Part shown: positions 59,977 to 64,000 of the stretch, in pieces | Layout of the letters: every line of letters starts with the position of its first letter | Position numbering within the stretch: the first letter of the stretch is position 1 | Assembly: GCA_965203965.1 (NCBI GenBank) | Contig: CBDBDR010000017.1 | Span: 1,408,001 to 1,472,000 of the forward strand | Reading direction: 5' to 3' | Length of the DNA: 64,000 nucleotides | DNA from: Thermodesulfobacteriota bacterium | GTDB taxonomy: Bacteria > Desulfobacterota_D > UBA1144 > Nemesobacterales > JAJCZQ01 | The notes under the pieces: generated by a model | Told to the model about the DNA's origin: nothing | Database searches by the model: none | The model's input: only the letters and a program-made list of their open reading frames with translations | Position numbers and translations under genes: made by a program

Positions 59977-60747
59977 ATGAGTTTAGAAGGTAGAGTTGCA
60001 ATTATAACGGGTGGTAGCCTTGGAATTGGGAAATCAACGGCTCATCTTTTTGCCAAAGAGGGTGCCAAAGTGGTTATCAGCGGGAGAAATGAAGATAGCT
60101 TAAAAAAAGCCATTGACGAAGCAGAAGAAGTTGCAGGTGAGATAGGTTACGTTGTCAGCGACGTGTCAAAAGAGGGTGATTGTAAAGATTTAGTGGAATA
60201 TACAAAGAATAAATATGGGAAAATTGATATTCTTTTTAACAACGCCGGTGTCTTGCCTCTTGGTGTGACGCATGAAACATCGATTGAGGACTGGGACTAT
60301 GCTTTTGACATTAACGTAAAAGGCTCTTTTATGATGGCAAAATACGTGATCCCTCACATGATCGAGCAGGGAGGGGGAACAATTATAAACAACGCTTCAA
60401 TACTCGGATTGAAGGCAATTCCCGGAGCGGCAGCTTATAATTCCACTAAAGGTGCAATAGTTCAGTTTACAAGAAGCATGGCTCTTGAATATGCGGATAA
60501 AGGTATAAGGGTAAACTGTATATGTCCGGGAACGATTTGGACCCCTATGGTGGAAACTTTCCTGAAGGATTCTCCACCAGAAGTAGAACAGTTCTTAAAA
60601 CAACTGCAGCCGGCAGCTAATCATCTGGGACGTTTCGGAAATCCAGATGAAATTGCACATTCCGTGAAGTTTCTCTGCGACAGTGAGAACGTTGGATTTA
60701 TGACGGGTTCAATGCTATCAGTTGACGGTGGGTGGATCGCTAATTAG
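59977..60747 (+). CDS. Classical SDR oxidoreductase
   Basis: TGGSLGIG, NNAG, YNSTKG, VDGG. Confidence 0.9.
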   Translation: MSLEGRVAIITGGSLGIGKSTAHLFAKEGAKVVISGRNEDSLKKAIDEAEEVAGEIGYVVSDVSKEGDCKDLVEYTKNKYGKIDILFNNAGVLPLGVTHETSIEDWDYAFDINVKGSFMMAKYVIPHMIEQGGGTIINNASILGLKAIPGAAAYNSTKGAIVQFTRSMALEYADKGIRVNCICPGTIWTPMVETFLKDSPPEVEQFLKQLQPAANHLGRFGNPDEIAHSVKFLCDSENVGFMTGSMLSVDGGWIAN

Positions 60748-60797
60748 GTCTACTGACTAAATTATTTCAATATCTGAGGATCTGAAGTTCAATATCA

Positions 60798-60872
60798 TCG
60801 GGGTGACTGGACTTGAACCAGCGACCTCTGCGTCCCGAACGCAGCGCTCTAGCCAAACTGAGCTACACCCCG
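60798..60872 (-). tRNA. tRNA-Pro (CGG), CCA not encoded
   Basis: Minus strand CGGGGTGTAGCTCAG...CTGCG-TTCGGGA-CGCAG...GGTTCAAGTCC...CACCCCGA. Confidence 0.95.
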
Positions 60873-60910
60873 TAGAATTTGGCATTCCATATTATGTTTA
60901 GATTTGGATC

Positions 60911-62206
60911 TCAAAACGTGGTTCCGTATTTGTATCGTCTGGTCATTCTTATTCTCTGCTCACAGATATTGATCTTGTTGTTTATATAGGTTTTTTCAGA
61001 GGCTTTTTTGGATATTTTAGACGCTCTTTTCAAATAATTATTTGCTTTCTCGTAGTTGTGTATCTGTATGTTGAGACTACCAAGAGTGATCAATAGCAAT
61101 ACATTATCCTTGATCTCATCCCTGTCTTGAATTGCGTCGATACACTTCAGACCTTCTTCAGGTCCGTAGCATTTAGATAATGCAATTGCCTTTTCCAATT
61201 CAACTTTGGGACAGGGATCAAGCTTAAGGTAGTGGTCATAAAGTGAAATTATATGCTTCCAGTTAGTCATTTTATATTCAAGAGAGGTTGAATGCACGGC
61301 TGCAACGCCGGCTTTCAGATGGTAGATTGACACCTCTATTCCGTTTGTGGATGAGTAAAGATAATCAATTCCTTGCCTGATCATTTTCTCTTTCCATAAA
61401 CATCTGTTTTGTTCTCTCAGTCCCAGAAGATTTCCCTTATCGTCCTTCATTGCCTCAAGTCTTGATGCACACAGGAGCATATAAGCGGTCAGCGCCCGTG
61501 ACTTTGGGGAGTTAGTTTTAGGATGTGAAACCAGAAACTGCAAAAGATTAATGGCAGTATAGCATAGCTCAGGAAATATCTTTGATCTGTCACTTGGGTG
61601 ATTGAATCCAAGTTCAAAAATTAGAGAAATAGATTCCAAAACTCTGTCCAATCCATCATTAATTATGTGTTCCCCAGGTATCTCAAACGGAATGTTTCCT
61701 GATACTACTTCAATTTTAGCTTTTTTTATCTCGTCAATGGTGGTGGTCTCGTTTTTTGACAACACCCTTGCTATATCTGAAGAAGTGTAACCTCCAAGTA
61801 TTTTCAGTATCATAGCCATTCTAATATCAAGAGATATGCTCCCGTGGCAGCAGGCAAACAACATGATTATATTGTTTTCCGTCGCCTCATCTTTATTGGG
61901 GTAGCTAATGCTCGAGGAATAGTTGCCGTTGGTAGTTCCAGAAGAGCTGCGATTTTTAACCTTTGTGCAGAAGAGATCGCCGGAATTGTCAGTGATAAAT
62001 TGCCATATCATATCCTTTGTATAGTCCCGTGCTGTGCCGCATAGTGAGCGGTTTTTTGCATGCTTGAAGGATTTTGAGACAAGGTTGTCTATCTGTATCA
62101 GATTTTCATGTCCGAAGTTTTTAGCTAAAGTAGAGGTGATCGTTCCGTAATACTTTTTAGAAAGCTGATCTATTCTTTTATTTACTTCAGATGAGTTGGT
62201 AAGCAT
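60911..62206 (-). CDS. Divergent ECF sigma factor-like protein with DUF6596/TPR-like C-terminus
   Basis: MLFACCH, LGGYTSSDIAR, LIFELGF, SRLEA, QNRCLW, YHLKAGVAAVH, WKHIISLYD. Confidence 0.7.
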   Translation of the reverse strand: MLTNSSEVNKRIDQLSKKYYGTITSTLAKNFGHENLIQIDNLVSKSFKHAKNRSLCGTARDYTKDMIWQFITDNSGDLFCTKVKNRSSSGTTNGNYSSSISYPNKDEATENNIIMLFACCHGSISLDIRMAMILKILGGYTSSDIARVLSKNETTTIDEIKKAKIEVVSGNIPFEIPGEHIINDGLDRVLESISLIFELGFNHPSDRSKIFPELCYTAINLLQFLVSHPKTNSPKSRALTAYMLLCASRLEAMKDDKGNLLGLREQNRCLWKEKMIRQGIDYLYSSTNGIEVSIYHLKAGVAAVHSTSLEYKMTNWKHIISLYDHYLKLDPCPKVELEKAIALSKCYGPEEGLKCIDAIQDRDEIKDNVLLLITLGSLNIQIHNYEKANNYLKRASKISKKASEKTYINNKINICEQRIRMTRRYKYGTTF

Positions 62207-62260
62207 GTCATTATTGGAAAAGGGGAAACTCTAACATAAAATATTAAATGTAAAAATTAT

Positions 62261-63241
62261 TCAGTCGGCTTCAAAAAAACAGACGGCAAATTTTTGTGAT
62301 TGGTCAGTCCAATAGTTCCTTAATGTATAGAAATCATCTATCAATTTTTCAAACTCTTCTATTGAAAATTTATAAGAGTTTTCCGTGTGGATAGTCTCGC
62401 CTTTTTTGAATTTGAATGCGGTTCCATTTAACTCCACAAATTGGTTTTGAAGGCTCTTGAGGTGCATTTCCAAGCGTCCTTTGTCCTCGTTGTAAAAGGC
62501 TTCATGTTTCCAATTGTTCAAGTTAAAATCCGTGTTCAAGATGTTGTTAAGATTGTTCAGTATATTCAAGTTGAACTTTGCTGTTAAGCCTTTCTCATCA
62601 TTGTAGGCTTTTTCAATTGTTGTTTTATTTTTCTTCAGATCAATGCCAATAAGCAGACCGCTTTTTCTTCCGCATAGAGTTGCGATGTTTTTCAAAAATT
62701 CCACGGATTTTTCAGGGACAAAGTTCCCAATCGTGGATCCTGGGTAGTAACAGATGATCTTGTTGCGTTGCATACCAATATCAGGAATGGAAAATGGTTT
62801 TGTGTAGTCGGCGACTACGGGAACGATATCAATATCATTAAATTCCTCTGCTAACTTTTCTGCAGATTCAATTAGGAATTCCCCCGAAATATCAACTGGT
62901 ATATAACCCACGAGGTTTTTAAGGTTTTCAAGAATGATCCGTATCTTCTTGCTGCTACCGCTTCCCGGTTCAAGTATGACGGCGTTTTTGCCAATGCAGT
63001 CGGCAATTTCCTTTATGTTGTTGTTGAGAATAGAGATTTCAGTTCGAGTTAAATAGTATTCCTCCAATCCCGAGATGTCCTCAAACAACTTGGAACCAAG
63101 CTCATCGTAAAAAAACTTGCAAGGAAGTTCTTTTTGCTGTTTTGAAAAGGAGATCAATACTTCATTCAATACTCCGTCTGCATCCATATCCATATACTGA
63201 CAGTTGGAGTTTGCTATGACCGTTTGGGAACTATCTGGCAT
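62261..63241 (-). CDS. egtD: L-histidine N-alpha-methyltransferase
   Basis: KFFYDELGSKLF, EYYLTRTE, GSGSSKK, PGSTIGNF, IHTENSYKF. Confidence 0.92.
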   Translation of the reverse strand: MPDSSQTVIANSNCQYMDMDADGVLNEVLISFSKQQKELPCKFFYDELGSKLFEDISGLEEYYLTRTEISILNNNIKEIADCIGKNAVILEPGSGSSKKIRIILENLKNLVGYIPVDISGEFLIESAEKLAEEFNDIDIVPVVADYTKPFSIPDIGMQRNKIICYYPGSTIGNFVPEKSVEFLKNIATLCGRKSGLLIGIDLKKNKTTIEKAYNDEKGLTAKFNLNILNNLNNILNTDFNLNNWKHEAFYNEDKGRLEMHLKSLQNQFVELNGTAFKFKKGETIHTENSYKFSIEEFEKLIDDFYTLRNYWTDQSQKFAVCFFEAD

Positions 63242-64000
63242 CTTTGGCTAATCGTATTCCCATAAACTGCCATCTTGAGTCAGGAGGGAAAAAATTTCTA
63301 TAGCAGTTTCTTACGTGTGATCTTGACGTGGCACATGAACCGCCTCGGAGAACCATCTGGTTACACATAAATTTACCGTTGTATTCACCAAGTGCCCCGA
63401 TTGGGGTCTTATAACCGGGATAGGGAGAGTATGGACTTCTTGTCCATTCCCAAACATCGCCATACATTTGGTTTAAGTCTTTTTTACTATTTTTCAGTGG
63501 CAATGGGTGAAAATTTTCATTATCTGCAAAATTCCCGTTTGTCTTTTGTTCTGCTGATGCTGCTTCCCATTCAAACTCGCTTGGAAGTCTTGCTCCATAC
63601 CACCTCGAATAGGCTTCGGCTTCATAAAAACTCACGTGACACACTGGTTCATCCATATTGACCTCGGTAAAACCGTGGAGCGTAAAGCTATGCCACTTAT
63701 CATCTACCTTTTTCCAGTAAAAGGGAGCATCCCATTCATTTGCTTGAATAGTGTTCCAACCATCTGAAAGCCATAGCTCGGGTTTTGAATATGCACCGTC
63801 GTCTATAAATTCCATATACTCGGCGTTGGTGACTAACTTGGAAGATAAGGAGAAAGGTTCAATGTAAGTTTTATGCCTCGGAAATTCGTTGTCATAACCA
63901 AAGCCTTTCCCATCGTTGCCAATTTCATAAATACCACCGTCAAGGTTTTTCCATGATCGTTCAATACTCTGATCATCTCCAGAAATTTTTTTAGAAGGCT
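63231..64000 (-). CDS. egtB: Ergothioneine sulfoxide synthase EgtB, 5'-partial
   Basis: FGE domain RLPSEFEWE, GDVWEWT, GEYNGKFM, RNFFPP..RWQFMG; upstream of egtD; frame open to window end. Confidence 0.88.
   Translation of the reverse strand, partial: PSKKISGDDQSIERSWKNLDGGIYEIGNDGKGFGYDNEFPRHKTYIEPFSLSSKLVTNAEYMEFIDDGAYSKPELWLSDGWNTIQANEWDAPFYWKKVDDKWHSFTLHGFTEVNMDEPVCHVSFYEAEAYSRWYGARLPSEFEWEAASAEQKTNGNFADNENFHPLPLKNSKKDLNQMYGDVWEWTRSPYSPYPGYKTPIGALGEYNGKFMCNQMVLRGGSCATSRSHVRNCYRNFFPPDSRWQFMGIRLAKDAR

Noticed and set aside
60798..60872. tRNA-Pro as an integration site
   Set aside because: No duplicated tRNA 3' end or integrase seen nearby.

Overview
Bacterial chromosomal window, AT-rich, with mostly housekeeping genes: xerC-hslVU, trxB, tatA, rng, hisAF, mqnA/mqnD, dapF-like, prfA, zapA-ygfA-rny, nuoGH, pyrF, priA, glnE, carD, pyrE, tRNA-Pro and egtD/egtB. 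The gene order looks deltaproteobacteria-like (inference only). There are two accessory regions. (1) 9.75-12.5 kb is a Mu-like prophage scrap: a portal 3' fragment, an intact MuF gene with a nuclease-like C-terminal extension, 48-bp palindromic repeats and a degenerate Cas12a-type CRISPR mini-array. (2) 28.9-41.8 kb is a defence island: a PLD-SNF2 helicase, a frameshifted Eco57I-like methyltransferase, FRG-TPR and TIR-TPR genes in duplicated cassettes, and a second MuF C-terminal fragment. The best candidate for an undescribed system is three promoter-driven, sequence-divergent but structurally equivalent ~120-nt RNAs (tRNA-like fold plus a covarying kissing loop). Two of them sit convergently against the stop codon of a MuF-CT gene and one is a stacked extra copy, which suggests RNA-based immunity for phage polymorphic nuclease toxins. 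Other notable items are a GPP34-P450 fusion next to an Stf3-like sulfotransferase, a DapF with Ser in place of both catalytic Cys, and a PriA lacking one Zn site. All assignments come from reading motifs by eye; no searches were run.
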